Assembly: GCF_000011805.1 (NCBI RefSeq)
Contig: NC_006840.2
DNA length: 32,000 nt
From: Aliivibrio fischeri ES114
GTDB lineage: Bacteria > Pseudomonadota > Gammaproteobacteria > Enterobacterales > Vibrionaceae
Strand: one strand, 5' to 3'
Shown in pieces: positions 9,202 to 19,123 of the stretch. The translations under genes and the position numbers were made by a program. Position 1 is the first letter of the stretch, and each line of letters starts with the position of its first letter. The notes below the pieces were generated by a model. That model saw only the letters and a program-made list of their open reading frames with translations, made no database searches and was not told the origin of the DNA.

Positions 9202-9770
9202 TAAAAGTTACCTTTAATGTATGTTTGTAATTCTTCATCAACAGCGATTTTATCTAATACTGCATTTAATAAGTCATTAAGAACTTGTTCAATGTCTTGA
9301 TTATCAGCACTCATAGAGCCTGTTTTTTCTGATACGCCATTATAGGTTTTAACAAACTTACCTTTTGGTGTTTCTGCTGTAATTTGAAGCTTAACCTGAG
9401 TTTTGATTTCATTACTCATTAGAGAATGTTGCACACTTACTAGAGCTTCAATAATATCTAAACGTAATGTGTTATCGCTATCTACTGTAATAACAAAACC
9501 TTGAGTTTTAAGTTGTGAAGATAATGCGTCTTCTAGAGTTACACGTAGATTTTGTTTTGCGTGAATTGGTTGTACATTTTGACGACCATTATCAATTACA
9601 GCGACGTATTGTGCAGTACGTAAATCGCTGCTATCTAATGTTAACTTAATACCATCAACGATTTGGTGAGCATTTGATGATGCTTTAGGTTGAATATCCA
9701 ATTGTGGATCTGATGGAGCACTACAAGCAGCTAAAAAAAGTGCAGAAAGGGCAATGATGACCTTTTTCAT
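9201..9770 (-). CDS. yajG: YajG-family outer-membrane lipoprotein
   Basis: 189 aa with a lipobox LFLAAC|S. Size and position (upstream of ampG, divergent side of bolA) match E. coli yajG. Its stop overlaps the ppiA start (TAATG). Confidence 0.8.
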   Translation of the reverse strand: MKKVIIALSALFLAACSAPSDPQLDIQPKASSNAHQIVDGIKLTLDSSDLRTAQYVAVIDNGRQNVQPIHAKQNLRVTLEDALSSQLKTQGFVITVDSDNTLRLDIIEALVSVQHSLMSNEIKTQVKLQITAETPKGKFVKTYNGVSEKTGSMSADNQDIEQVLNDLLNAVLDKIAVDEELQTYIKGNF

Positions 9771-9784
9771 GGTGTAATCCTTTT

Positions 9785-10933
9785 TTATTTTGATTTTTCG
9801 GCTTTAACAGCTTCTAAAATAACGAATTTTGAATTGCTAGCAACTGTGGTGACATTTTCTTCACCAAATAAGCGACATAATTTACCATCATAATCAAGAT
9901 GACGGTTTCCAATAACTAATAATTTACCATCTTTGCACAAGATGTGCTTAGCATCACAGAACATTTGCCATGCAATATGATCGGTAATTGCCTGACCTTG
10001 ATGGAATGGAGGGTTGCAAAGTACAAGGTAACTACTGTGCTTTTTAAAACCATCGAGACAATTATTAGCAATAAATTGAAATTGACGTTCTTTACCTAAG
10101 TTAACTTCTAAATTGCGGTGTGCTGACTCTACAGCCATAAAGCTTTCATCAACACAAGTAATACGAGCTTCAGGGTTTAATTGACCAGCTTTTACACTGA
10201 GTACTCCATTGCCACAACCAAGATCTATAATGTGTCGTAATTCAGGATCTGAAGGAATATGGTCAAGCATAAAGCGAGCACCTTGGTCTAATTTTTCTCC
10301 AGAATATACGTTAGGGTAATTAAGAAGATCGATGTCTTCATTATCTACACTCCAACATACTGCTTCAGCAATGGTTTTTGGATTCGATACGTTTGCATTT
10401 GAAAACACTAAACGGTGCTTCTTCCAAGCAAGCGATGTTTTAGTTTCCCCAAGGTAGTCTTCAAATAACTCAAGTGTTGAACTATGGATTTCTTTTGCTT
10501 TATTTACAGCGATAATAGGGCAGCTACTGTCCATTGATTGACGCAGTTGTTGTAGTTGCCATGTGAGCATTCGATTGTTTTTTGGGATCTGCATTAATAC
10601 TAAATCGAAACCTTGTGGCATCTCTTCAGTTGATGTAATAAGCTGTACACGGTTACATTGGTTTCGTTGTAGGTTTTTTAATGTACCACGTTGTGAAACA
10701 AACGAATCGGTCATCATTGTTACGTTATGCTTGTCTGAGAACCAGCATGATAATGCACCAAAATTATCATTTAAGATAAGGATGTTTTTGCCATCTTCTA
10801 GATTTAGCTCTTCTTCTACATATTTAATGATGTATTCATCACCTGCATCCCATGCTTGCAGTAGTTCTTGAGCACGTTTAGGGTAACGTTGTAAGTTTAG
10901 GCTTCGGTCAAGTAGACTCAGTTCTGTTTTCAT
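9785..10933 (-). CDS. rlmG: 23S rRNA (guanine1835-N2)-methyltransferase RlmG
   Basis: 382 aa, colinear with E. coli RlmG/YgjO: LQRYP...LQAWDAGDEY, ILNDNFGALSC, SAM motif DLGCGNGV, catalytic NPPFH, C-terminal NSKFVILEAVK. Confidence 0.9.
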   Translation of the reverse strand: MKTELSLLDRSLNLQRYPKRAQELLQAWDAGDEYIIKYVEEELNLEDGKNILILNDNFGALSCWFSDKHNVTMMTDSFVSQRGTLKNLQRNQCNRVQLITSTEEMPQGFDLVLMQIPKNNRMLTWQLQQLRQSMDSSCPIIAVNKAKEIHSSTLELFEDYLGETKTSLAWKKHRLVFSNANVSNPKTIAEAVCWSVDNEDIDLLNYPNVYSGEKLDQGARFMLDHIPSDPELRHIIDLGCGNGVLSVKAGQLNPEARITCVDESFMAVESAHRNLEVNLGKERQFQFIANNCLDGFKKHSSYLVLCNPPFHQGQAITDHIAWQMFCDAKHILCKDGKLLVIGNRHLDYDGKLCRLFGEENVTTVASNSKFVILEAVKAEKSK

Positions 10934-11028
10934 AATGATTTGATCTTCAAATAGGGAAGGCTTCTAGCTATTGTCGCAAATGGTGTATAAAGTGGAAACA
11001 GAAGAATTCAAATAAAGAAAGGAATTAT

Positions 11029-11343
11029 ATGATTCAGCATCAAATTGAACAAAAATTACGCGAAGCGTTAGCGCCTTCTTATCTTAAAGTTCTAAATGAA
11101 AGCTATATGCATAACGTACCTGAAGGTTCTGAAAGCCATTTTAAGGTAATTGTAGTGAGCGACGAATTTGAAGGTAAACGTTTGATTGCTCGCCATCGAG
11201 CTATTAATAACATTTTAGCTGAAGAATTGTCAGATCATATTCATGCTTTAGCCATTCATACGTATACAGAAACAGAATGGCAAGCTCTAGATGCAGAGCA
11301 AGTTCCTCTTAGTCCCAACTGTATGGGCGGTGGAAAAGGTTAA
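11029..11343 (+). CDS. bolA: BolA-family transcriptional regulator / morphoprotein
   Basis: 104 aa with BolA motifs ([29 protein letters not shown]...[10 protein letters not shown]). Confidence 0.9.
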   Translation: MIQHQIEQKLREALAPSYLKVLNESYMHNVPEGSESHFKVIVVSDEFEGKRLIARHRAINNILAEELSDHIHALAIHTYTETEWQALDAEQVPLSPNCMGGGKG

Positions 11344-11736
11344 AAATGAAACGCTAATGTTTATTTTTTAACATAAAATAAATATAAAATAAGTCTGTTT
11401 GTTAAAAAATGACTAATATTTAATGTCATTGCTACTTATGGGGTATTTTTTGATTTTGAACAAGAATTGTGCAGTAGGTCTAAAATGCTCAACCTATTTC
11501 AATGATTTCTGACAATGAATAGTAAAAAATAGCAGGAATCTAGTCATTGAACGTGGCATCTACACCATAAAAAATGATAGAATCCTCCGCCTTAAAACAG
11601 CTTTTTTCGTATTTATGTAAAAAGCATATTACTAGGATGTTAATAGTGTTGCGCGATTTGTGTCGTCAATACTGGACACATGCAGTGTCGTGTCTTATAT
11701 AGAATCTTTTTTCCCATAAAATTAGTGCAAGTGCGT

Positions 11737-13077
11737 ATGATTACAATAAAAAAGGGTTTGGATCTTCCTATTGCAGGTGTTCCTACTCAGGTGATTAATG
11801 ATGGTAAATCCATCACTAAAGTCGCCTTGCTTGGCGAAGAGTACGTTGGTATGCGTCCTACGATGCATGTCCGCGTGGAAGATGTAGTAAAGAAAGGTCA
11901 GGTTCTTTTTGCAGATAAAAAGAATCCAGGCGTAGTATTTACTGCTCCAGTAAGTGGTAAGGTTGTTGAAATTAACCGTGGTGCGAAGCGCGTACTTCAA
12001 TCTGTAGTAATTGCAGTTGAAGGCGAAGAGCAGGTTACTTTTAATAGCTATGCAGCAAATGAACTAGTGTCGCTTGATCGTGAAACGATCAAAACACAAC
12101 TGGTTGATTCAGGTGCATGGACTGCATTACGTACTCGTCCGTTCAGCAAGGTTCCAGCGATTGATTCTGAAACAAAGGCTATCTTTGTTACTGCTATGGA
12201 TACTAATCCACTAGCGGCTGATGCAGAAGTGATCATTAACCAACAAGAAGAAGCCTTTATTGCAGGCCTAGACCTATTATCTGTATTAACAGGTGATAAA
12301 GTTTACGTATGTAAGAAAGGAGGTAGCTTACCTCGTTCTTCTCAAAAAAATGTTGAAGAACATGTATTTGATGGCCCTCATCCAGCTGGTTTAGCCGGTA
12401 CTCACATGCATTACTTGTATCCTGTTGATACAAATCATGTAGCGTGGAGCATTGGTTACCAAGATGTGATTGCATTCGGTCAACTGTTCTTAACGGGTGA
12501 AATCTACTCTGAAAGAATCGTATCTTTAGCTGGCCCTGCAGTAAATAATCCTCGTTTAGTTCGTACTATTACTGGTGCAAGCTTAGTTGATTTAACTGAC
12601 AGTGAAGTAATGCCTGGTGAGATTCGTGTGATTTCTGGTTCTGTACTTAACGGTACGCAAGCATCAGGTCCTCACGCTTACCTTGGTCGTTACCATCAGC
12701 AAGTTTCTGTTCTTCGTGAAGGTCGTGAGAAAGAATTGTTTGGTTGGGCTGTTCCTGGCAAAAACAAATTCTCAGTAACTCGTTCATTCTTGAGTCACTT
12801 ATTCTCAGGTCAACTGTTTAACATGACGACAACTACTAACGGTAGTGATCGTGCAATGGTGCCAATCGGTAACTACGAACGCGTATTACCATTAGACATG
12901 GAAGCAACCATGTTATTGCGTGACCTTTGTGCTGGTGATGTTGACAGTGCACAACGCTTAGGTGCATTAGAGTTAGATGAAGAAGATCTAGGTCTATGTA
13001 CATATGTGTGCCCTGGTAAATATGAGTATGGTCCAATGCTTCGTGAGATCTTGGATACCATCGAGAAGGAAGGGTAA
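11737..13077 (+). CDS. nqrA: Na+-translocating NADH:quinone oxidoreductase subunit A
   Basis: Begins [18 protein letters not shown], as in Vibrio NqrA (446 aa). The ORF-track start at 11680 adds 19 unmatched residues. Confidence 0.95.
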   Translation: MITIKKGLDLPIAGVPTQVINDGKSITKVALLGEEYVGMRPTMHVRVEDVVKKGQVLFADKKNPGVVFTAPVSGKVVEINRGAKRVLQSVVIAVEGEEQVTFNSYAANELVSLDRETIKTQLVDSGAWTALRTRPFSKVPAIDSETKAIFVTAMDTNPLAADAEVIINQQEEAFIAGLDLLSVLTGDKVYVCKKGGSLPRSSQKNVEEHVFDGPHPAGLAGTHMHYLYPVDTNHVAWSIGYQDVIAFGQLFLTGEIYSERIVSLAGPAVNNPRLVRTITGASLVDLTDSEVMPGEIRVISGSVLNGTQASGPHAYLGRYHQQVSVLREGREKELFGWAVPGKNKFSVTRSFLSHLFSGQLFNMTTTTNGSDRAMVPIGNYERVLPLDMEATMLLRDLCAGDVDSAQRLGALELDEEDLGLCTYVCPGKYEYGPMLREILDTIEKEG

Positions 13078-14325
13078 TTGATGAGCCTTTTAAATTTATT
13101 TGAAAAAGTTGAACATCATTTTGAGCCAGGCGGTAAATATGAGAAGTGGTTTGCTTTATACGAAGCAACAGCAACACTTTTCTATACTCCTGGTACAGTA
13201 ACAAAAGGTGGTTCACATGTTCGTGATAGCGTTGACTTAAAACGTATCATGATCATGGTATGGTTTGCGGTATTCCCAGCAATGTTCTGGGGTATGTACA
13301 ACGCAGGTAACCAAGCAATTGTTGCTCTTGAACATATGTATTCAGGCGCTGAACTTGCAGCAGTTATTTCTGGCAACTGGCACTACTGGTTGACTGAAAT
13401 GCTAGGTGGCACAGTAAGTGCTGATGCAGGTTGGGGCAGTAGCATGCTACTGGGTGCAACATACTTCTTGCCAATCTACGCAACAGTGTTCCTTGTTGGT
13501 GGTTTCTGGGAAGTATTGTTCTGTATGGTGCGTAAGCATGAAGTTAACGAAGGTTTCTTTGTAACTTCTATCCTTTTCGCATTGATCGTTCCACCAACAC
13601 TTCCACTATGGCAAGCAGCGTTAGGTATTACTTTCGGTGTTGTTGTAGCGAAAGAAATCTTTGGTGGTACTGGTCGTAACTTCCTAAACCCTGCGCTAGC
13701 GGGTCGTGCATTCCTATTCTTTGCATACCCAGCTCAAATTTCAGGTGATACAGTTTGGACTGCTGCTGATGGCTTCTCTGGTGCAACAGCACTTAGCCAA
13801 TGGGCACAAGGCGGTCAAGGTGGCCTAGTAAATACAATTACTGGCGACACAATCACTTGGATGGACGCATTCATTGGTAATATCCCAGGTTCAATTGGTG
13901 AGGTTTCGACTCTTGCTCTGATCCTTGGTGGTCTAATGATCGTTTACATGCGTATTGCTTCATGGCGTATCATTGCTGGTGTAATGATCGGTATGGTTGC
14001 AGTGTCTACACTGTTTAACCTAATCGGTTCTGACACAAATGCAATGTTCAGCATGCCTTGGCATTGGCACCTAGTTCTTGGTGGTTTCGCGTTTGGTATG
14101 ATCTTTATGGCAACAGACCCAGTATCGGCTTCATTTACTAATAAAGGTAAGTGGTGGTACGGTATTTTAATTGGTGGTATGGCTGTAATGATCCGTGTAG
14201 TTAACCCTGCATACCCTGAAGGTATGATGTTAGCTATTCTATTTGCAAACTTGTTTGCTCCATTGTTTGATAACCTTGTAGTTGAAGGTAACGTGAAACG
14301 GAGACTAAAACGCTATGGCAAGTAA
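13078..14325 (+). CDS. nqrB: Na+-NQR subunit B (FMN-binding, membrane)
   Basis: 415 aa with ...[27 protein letters not shown]..., polytopic. It has the flavinylation motif FSGATALS. The start is either TTG 13078 or ATG 13081, and I cannot distinguish them. Confidence 0.95.
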   Translation: MMSLLNLFEKVEHHFEPGGKYEKWFALYEATATLFYTPGTVTKGGSHVRDSVDLKRIMIMVWFAVFPAMFWGMYNAGNQAIVALEHMYSGAELAAVISGNWHYWLTEMLGGTVSADAGWGSSMLLGATYFLPIYATVFLVGGFWEVLFCMVRKHEVNEGFFVTSILFALIVPPTLPLWQAALGITFGVVVAKEIFGGTGRNFLNPALAGRAFLFFAYPAQISGDTVWTAADGFSGATALSQWAQGGQGGLVNTITGDTITWMDAFIGNIPGSIGEVSTLALILGGLMIVYMRIASWRIIAGVMIGMVAVSTLFNLIGSDTNAMFSMPWHWHLVLGGFAFGMIFMATDPVSASFTNKGKWWYGILIGGMAVMIRVVNPAYPEGMMLAILFANLFAPLFDNLVVEGNVKRRLKRYGK

Positions 14326-15082
14326 TAACGATAGCATTAAAAAGACTCTCGGTGTTGTTATTGGTTTGAGCCTAGTGTGTTCAATCATCGTATCAACGGC
14401 GGCAGTTGGTCTGCGTGATAAGCAAAAAGCAAACGCAGTTCTAGATAAGCAAAGCAAAATTGTTGAAGTTGCAGGTGTTACAGGTTCAGGTACTGTTCCT
14501 GAACTATTCGCTGCAAACATCGAACCTCGTCTTGTTGATTTTGCAACAGGTGAGTTCGTTGATGGTGACGCAGCTACTTACGATCAACGTAAAGCAGCTA
14601 AAGATCCAAAACAATCAATTAAGCTAACAGCTGAGCAAGATAAAGCAAAAATCATTCGTCGTGCAAACTTAGGTGTTGTTTACCTAGTTAAAGATGGCGA
14701 CAAAGTGACTAAAATTATCCTACCTGTTCACGGTACTGGATTATGGTCAATGATGTATGCGTTTGTTGCAGTTGAGACTGATGGTAACACTATTGCGGGT
14801 ATCACTTACTACGACCAAGCGGAAACTCCGGGACTTGGTGGTGAAGTTGAAAACCCAACGTGGCGTGCACAATTCGTAGGTAAGAAACTGTTTGATGAAA
14901 ATCATAAACCTGCAATTAAGATCGTTAAAGGCGGTGCTCCAGCTGGTTCTGAGTACGGTGTAGATGGTCTTTCTGGTGCAACGCTAACAGGTAACGGTGT
15001 TCAACACACGTTTGACTTCTGGTTAGGTAATGATGGCTTCGGTCCATTCCTTGCTAAAGTTCGTGATGGAGGTCTGAACTAA
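14315..15082 (+). CDS. nqrC: Na+-NQR subunit C (covalent FMN)
   Basis: 255 aa starting [15 protein letters not shown]..., with the flavinylation motif GLSGATLTG. It overlaps the nqrB end by 11 nt. Confidence 0.95.
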   Translation: MASNNDSIKKTLGVVIGLSLVCSIIVSTAAVGLRDKQKANAVLDKQSKIVEVAGVTGSGTVPELFAANIEPRLVDFATGEFVDGDAATYDQRKAAKDPKQSIKLTAEQDKAKIIRRANLGVVYLVKDGDKVTKIILPVHGTGLWSMMYAFVAVETDGNTIAGITYYDQAETPGLGGEVENPTWRAQFVGKKLFDENHKPAIKIVKGGAPAGSEYGVDGLSGATLTGNGVQHTFDFWLGNDGFGPFLAKVRDGGLN

Positions 15083-15714
15083 TGGCTAGCGCAAAAGATA
15101 TTAAAAAGAGCATTTTAGCGCCGGTGTTGGATAACAACCCTATCGCGCTACAAGTTCTTGGTGTTTGTTCAGCTCTAGCTGTAACAACTAAGCTTGAAAC
15201 GGCTTTCGTTATGACTTTAGCGGTAATGTTTGTTACTGCTTTATCTAACTTATTCGTTTCGCTAATTCGTAACCACATGCCAAACAGCGTTCGTATCATC
15301 GTTCAGATGGCGATCATTGCTTCTTTGGTAATCGTTGTTGACCAAGTATTGAAAGCATATCTATACGATATCTCTAAACAGCTTTCAGTATTCGTAAGCT
15401 TGATCATTACAAACTGTATCGTAATGGGTCGTGCGGAAGCGTTCGCAATGAAGTCTGCTCCATTCCCATCGTTTATCGATGGTATTGGTAACGGTCTTGG
15501 TTATGGTTTTGTACTGATGACAGTAGCATTTTTCCGTGAACTTCTTGGTTCTGGTAAGCTATTTGGTGTTGAAGTTCTTCCACTTGTTTCTAACGGTGGT
15601 TGGTACCAACCAAATGGTCTAATGCTTCTAGCACCATCAGCATTCTTCTTAATTGGTTTTATGATCTGGGCTATCCGTATCCTTAAACCAGAACAAGTAG
15701 AAGCGAAGGAGTAA
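15082..15714 (+). CDS. nqrD: Na+-NQR subunit D
   Basis: 210-aa polytopic protein homologous to RnfE/NqrD. It has a TAATG overlap with nqrC. Confidence 0.95.
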   Translation: MASAKDIKKSILAPVLDNNPIALQVLGVCSALAVTTKLETAFVMTLAVMFVTALSNLFVSLIRNHMPNSVRIIVQMAIIASLVIVVDQVLKAYLYDISKQLSVFVSLIITNCIVMGRAEAFAMKSAPFPSFIDGIGNGLGYGFVLMTVAFFRELLGSGKLFGVEVLPLVSNGGWYQPNGLMLLAPSAFFLIGFMIWAIRILKPEQVEAKE

Positions 15715-15721
15715 GGTCGAA

Positions 15722-16318
15722 ATGGAACATTATATTAGTTTACTTGTTAAATCGATCTTCATCGAAAACATGGCGCTTTCATTTTTCCTAGGTATGTGTA
15801 CGTTCTTAGCTGTATCTAAGAAAGTAAAAACATCGTTTGGTCTTGGTGTTGCGGTAGTTGTTGTTCTAACAATCGCTGTACCTGTGAACAACCTTGTTTA
15901 TACGTACCTACTAAAAGAAAATGCGTTAGTTGCGGGTGTTGATTTAACATTCCTTAGCTTTATTACTTTTATCGGTGTAATTGCAGCACTAGTACAAATC
16001 CTAGAAATGATCTTAGATCGCTTCTTCCCACCTTTGTACAATGCTCTAGGTATCTTCCTTCCGTTAATCACAGTTAACTGTGCTATTTTCGGTGGTGTAT
16101 CTTTCATGGTTCAACGTGACTATAACTTTGCTGAATCTGTAGTATACGGTTTCGGTTCAGGTATTGGTTGGATGTTGGCTATCGTAGCGCTTGCTGGTAT
16201 TCGTGAAAAAATGAAGTACTCTGATGTACCTCCTGGTCTTCGTGGCCTTGGTATTACTTTCATTACAGTAGGTTTAATGGCGTTAGGCTTTATGTCTTTC
16301 TCTGGTGTTCAACTGTAG
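15722..16318 (+). CDS. nqrE: Na+-NQR subunit E
   Basis: 198-aa polytopic protein at the NqrE position, with sequence style [32 protein letters not shown]. Confidence 0.95.
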   Translation: MEHYISLLVKSIFIENMALSFFLGMCTFLAVSKKVKTSFGLGVAVVVVLTIAVPVNNLVYTYLLKENALVAGVDLTFLSFITFIGVIAALVQILEMILDRFFPPLYNALGIFLPLITVNCAIFGGVSFMVQRDYNFAESVVYGFGSGIGWMLAIVALAGIREKMKYSDVPPGLRGLGITFITVGLMALGFMSFSGVQL

Positions 16319-16347
16319 GGTAAGCACCCAATAATAAGGAATAACAA

Positions 16348-17574
16348 ATGCAAAGCATTATTCTTGGTGTAGCGATGTTTACCATTATTGTATTGGCTTT
16401 AGTATTAGTGATCTTATTCGCTAAATCTAAGTTAGTACCATCAGGTGACATTACTATCTCTGTAAATGGCGATGCTGATAAAGCAATCATTACTCAACCA
16501 GGTGGTAAATTACTTAGTGCTCTTGGTAGCGCTGGTATTTTCGTATCATCTGCTTGTGGTGGTGGTGGCTCTTGTGGTCAGTGTCGTGTGAAAGTGAAAT
16601 CTGGTGGTGGTGATATTCTACCTACAGAGCTTGATCACATTTCAAAAGGTGAGGCTCGCGAAGGTGAGCGCCTAGCATGTCAAGTTTCAATGAAAACTGA
16701 CATGGAAATTGAACTTCCTGAAGAAATCTTTGGTGTTAAAAAGTGGGAATGTACTGTTATCTCTAATGATAACGAAGCTACTTTCATTAAAGAGTTAGCG
16801 CTTGCTATCCCTGAAGGTGAAGAAGTTCCATTCCGTGCTGGTGGTTATATTCAGATTGAAGCTGAACCACACCATATTAAATATTCGGATTTTGATATTC
16901 CTGAAGAATATCGTGGTGACTGGGATAAGTTTAACTTATTCCGTTACGAGTCAATCGTTAATGAACATTCAATCCGTGCTTACTCTATGGCTTCATACCC
17001 AGAAGAGAAAGGCATTATTAAACTGAACGTTCGTATCGCGACTCCGCCGCCAAATAATCCTGATGTTCCACCTGGTGTAATGTCTTCTTATATTTGGTCA
17101 CTAAAAGCTGGTGATAAATGTACTATTTCTGGTCCATTTGGTGAGTTCTTCGCTAAAGATACTGACAATGAAATGGTATTCATCGGTGGTGGTGCAGGTA
17201 TGGCGCCAATGCGTTCTCATATCTTTGACCAATTATTACGTCTTAAGTCTAAGCGTAAGATGTCTTACTGGTATGGTGCACGTTCTAAGCGTGAAATGTT
17301 CTATGTTGAAGATTTCGATGGTCTAGCGGCTGATAACGAAAACTTCGTATGGCACTGTGCACTTTCTGATCCAATGCCAGAAGATAACTGGGATGGTTAC
17401 ACAGGCTTTATCCACAATGTTCTTTATGAAAACTACTTACGTGATCATGAAGCACCTGAAGATTGTGAATACTACATGTGTGGTCCACCAATGATGAACG
17501 CTGCTGTTATCGGCATGCTGAAAGATCTTGGTGTTGAAGATGAAAACATCTTACTAGATGACTTCGGTGGTTAA
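16348..17574 (+). CDS. nqrF: Na+-NQR subunit F (2Fe-2S ferredoxin + FAD/NADH-binding)
   Basis: 408 aa with an N-terminal TM helix, the 2Fe-2S motif [12 protein letters not shown]...C, the FAD motif RAYSMAS, and the NAD-binding GGGAGMAP. Confidence 0.95.
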   Translation: MQSIILGVAMFTIIVLALVLVILFAKSKLVPSGDITISVNGDADKAIITQPGGKLLSALGSAGIFVSSACGGGGSCGQCRVKVKSGGGDILPTELDHISKGEAREGERLACQVSMKTDMEIELPEEIFGVKKWECTVISNDNEATFIKELALAIPEGEEVPFRAGGYIQIEAEPHHIKYSDFDIPEEYRGDWDKFNLFRYESIVNEHSIRAYSMASYPEEKGIIKLNVRIATPPPNNPDVPPGVMSSYIWSLKAGDKCTISGPFGEFFAKDTDNEMVFIGGGAGMAPMRSHIFDQLLRLKSKRKMSYWYGARSKREMFYVEDFDGLAADNENFVWHCALSDPMPEDNWDGYTGFIHNVLYENYLRDHEAPEDCEYYMCGPPMMNAAVIGMLKDLGVEDENILLDDFGG

Positions 17575-17595
17575 TCTATCGAAGTAAGAAATATT

Positions 17596-17625
17596 GGCTG
17601 ACTCAGTACTGAGTCAGCCTTTTTT
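17596..17625 (+). terminator. Strong rho-independent terminator after nqrF
   Basis: Perfect palindrome GGCTGACTCAG-TA-CTGAGTCAGCC followed by T6. Confidence 0.85.
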
Positions 17626-17731
17626 CGTATTTATGGTCCGTATTTAACCTGACAAAGTACAGGGTTATAGGTTTAGTAAACAAACTTAAATTTATATTCC
17701 TGTGTATTGTTTGTATTTAAAGGAGTTGGCA

Positions 17732-18766
17732 GTGTTTGTCAGTTTTACTCAGTTAATTAATAAAGCAAAACTTATTTTATTACCTTGTTTTGCCCTTATT
17801 TTACTTGCTGGTTGTGGTGATCAGCGTGAGCAAGTCTATCTGAATGGTCCTACGATGGGGACAAGCTATAATATTAAATATATAAGCAAAGATGGACTGC
17901 CTAAATCTGAAGACGTTCATGCGGAGATAGATAAGCGATTAGAGCTTGTTAATGACCAAATGTCGACATACAGAAAAGATTCAGAGTTGAGTCGATTTAA
18001 CCAAAGTAAAGAACTGACTCCATTTACAGTATCAAAAGATACGGCAACCGTTATTAAAGAAGCGATTCGATTGAATAAGGTTACTTTAGGAGCGCTTGAT
18101 GTAACTGTTGGTCCTCTTGTTAATCTATGGGGATTTGGACCAGAAGCTCGACCAGAAGTCGTTCCTACTGATGAAGAATTAAATGCGCGACGTAAAATTG
18201 TTGGCATTCAGCATTTAGAAGCAACAGAAACTACAGTTACAAAAGATATCCCTGAGCTATATGTTGATTTATCAACGATCGCTAAAGGTTGGGGTGTTGA
18301 CGTTGTTGCTAATTACCTAGAAGAGCTTGGCATCACTGATTACATGGTTGAAGTCGGTGGTGAGATGCGAGTGAAAGGCAAAAATAAAGAAAATGTTGCT
18401 TGGCGTATCGCAATTGAAAAACCATCAGTTGATGAGCGTGCGATTCAAGAGATTATAGAGCCGGGTCATCATGCAGTAGCGACATCTGGCGATTACCGTA
18501 TATACTTTGAGAAAGAGGGTATCCGTTACTCTCATATTATTAACCCAATTACAGGTTACCCTATTTCAAATAAGGTAGTATCTGTAACGGTACTCGATAA
18601 ATCATCAATGACGGCCGATGGACTTGCTACGGGTTTAATGCTTCTTGGTGAAGAGCAAGGTATAGAGGTTGCTAATAAACACAATATTCCTGTTTTCATG
18701 ATAGTGAAAACGAAAGATGGCTTTAAAGAGATAGCATCTGAAGCCTTTAAGCCTTTTTTGAAGTAA
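17732..18766 (+). CDS. apbE: FAD:protein FMN transferase ApbE/Ftp (lipoprotein), flavinylates NqrB/NqrC
   Basis: ApbE-family sequence (PTMGTSYNIKY..., DVTVGPLVNLWGFGP, ATSGDYR). Lipobox LLAGC. I prefer GTG 17732, which sits 6 nt after AAGGAG (17720-17725), over the ORF-track GTG at 17702. Confidence 0.9.
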   Translation: MFVSFTQLINKAKLILLPCFALILLAGCGDQREQVYLNGPTMGTSYNIKYISKDGLPKSEDVHAEIDKRLELVNDQMSTYRKDSELSRFNQSKELTPFTVSKDTATVIKEAIRLNKVTLGALDVTVGPLVNLWGFGPEARPEVVPTDEELNARRKIVGIQHLEATETTVTKDIPELYVDLSTIAKGWGVDVVANYLEELGITDYMVEVGGEMRVKGKNKENVAWRIAIEKPSVDERAIQEIIEPGHHAVATSGDYRIYFEKEGIRYSHIINPITGYPISNKVVSVTVLDKSSMTADGLATGLMLLGEEQGIEVANKHNIPVFMIVKTKDGFKEIASEAFKPFLK

Positions 18767-18777
18767 GTGAGTAAATA

Positions 18778-19011
18778 ATGAATACATTTCTGATTACATT
18801 TTTTGTTTTCTTAGCGGTAATTGCTGCAATGGCTATTGGTTACATTATTCAGCGTAAAGTTGTAAAAGGTAGCTGTGGTGGTCTTGGTGCTGTAGGTATT
18901 GATAAAGTTTGTAATTGTCCTGAACCATGCGATGCTCGCAAAAAGCGTGAAGCTAAAGCGGCACTTAGAGCTGAAAAATTAGCAGCATGGGAAAAAGACC
19001 GTATCGCATAG
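18778..19011 (+). CDS. nqrM: Na+-NQR maturation factor NqrM (DUF539)
   Basis: 77 aa with a single N-terminal TM helix and the Cys cluster GSCGGLG...CNCPEPC. It sits immediately after apbE, as in Vibrio nqr loci. Confidence 0.85.
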   Translation: MNTFLITFFVFLAVIAAMAIGYIIQRKVVKGSCGGLGAVGIDKVCNCPEPCDARKKREAKAALRAEKLAAWEKDRIA

Positions 19012-19036
19012 TTAATACCTCATAATTCCATTTTTA

Positions 19037-19066
19037 AACAGCACCTATTATTGGTGCTGTTTTTAT
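19037..19066 (+). terminator. Rho-independent terminator after nqrM
   Basis: AACAGCACC - 7-nt loop - GGTGCTGTT followed by a T-run. Confidence 0.85.
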
Positions 19067-19098
19067 TTGAATAAAAAATGGTTCAAAGTTATCATTAA

Positions 19099-19114
19099 CT
19101 GTGTTTTTATACAG
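19099..19114. promoter_or_regulatory. LexA (SOS) box in the dinB promoter
   Basis: CTGT-GTTTTTAT-ACAG is a perfect CTGT-N8-ACAG match. It lies just downstream of a candidate promoter, TTGAAT (19067-72) - 17 nt - TATCAT (19090-95), and 10 nt before the dinB ATG. Confidence 0.8.
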
Positions 19115-19123
19115 TTAATTTTT

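Noticed and set aside
11680-11736. Longer N-terminal models from the ORF track for nqrA (11680), apbE (17702), dinB (19067), panE (6108), gpt (25342), frsA (25942) and the racemase (20405)
   Set aside because: The extra residues have no counterpart in orthologues I recall. In several cases they would translate through promoter, operator or RBS sequence. Internal starts with better RBS context reproduce the canonical N-termini.
10563-18207. Antisense or out-of-frame track ORFs within rlmG, nqrA-F and apbE
   Set aside because: The ORFs are 10563-10871, 11722-12000, 12048-12236, 12257-12475, 12836-13216, 12873-13061, 13182-13376, 14305-14520, 15054-15299, 15898-16107, 16290-16490, 16802-17026, 17111-17326 and 17917-18207. 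All overlap genes whose products align end-to-end with known proteins. None has an independent start context.
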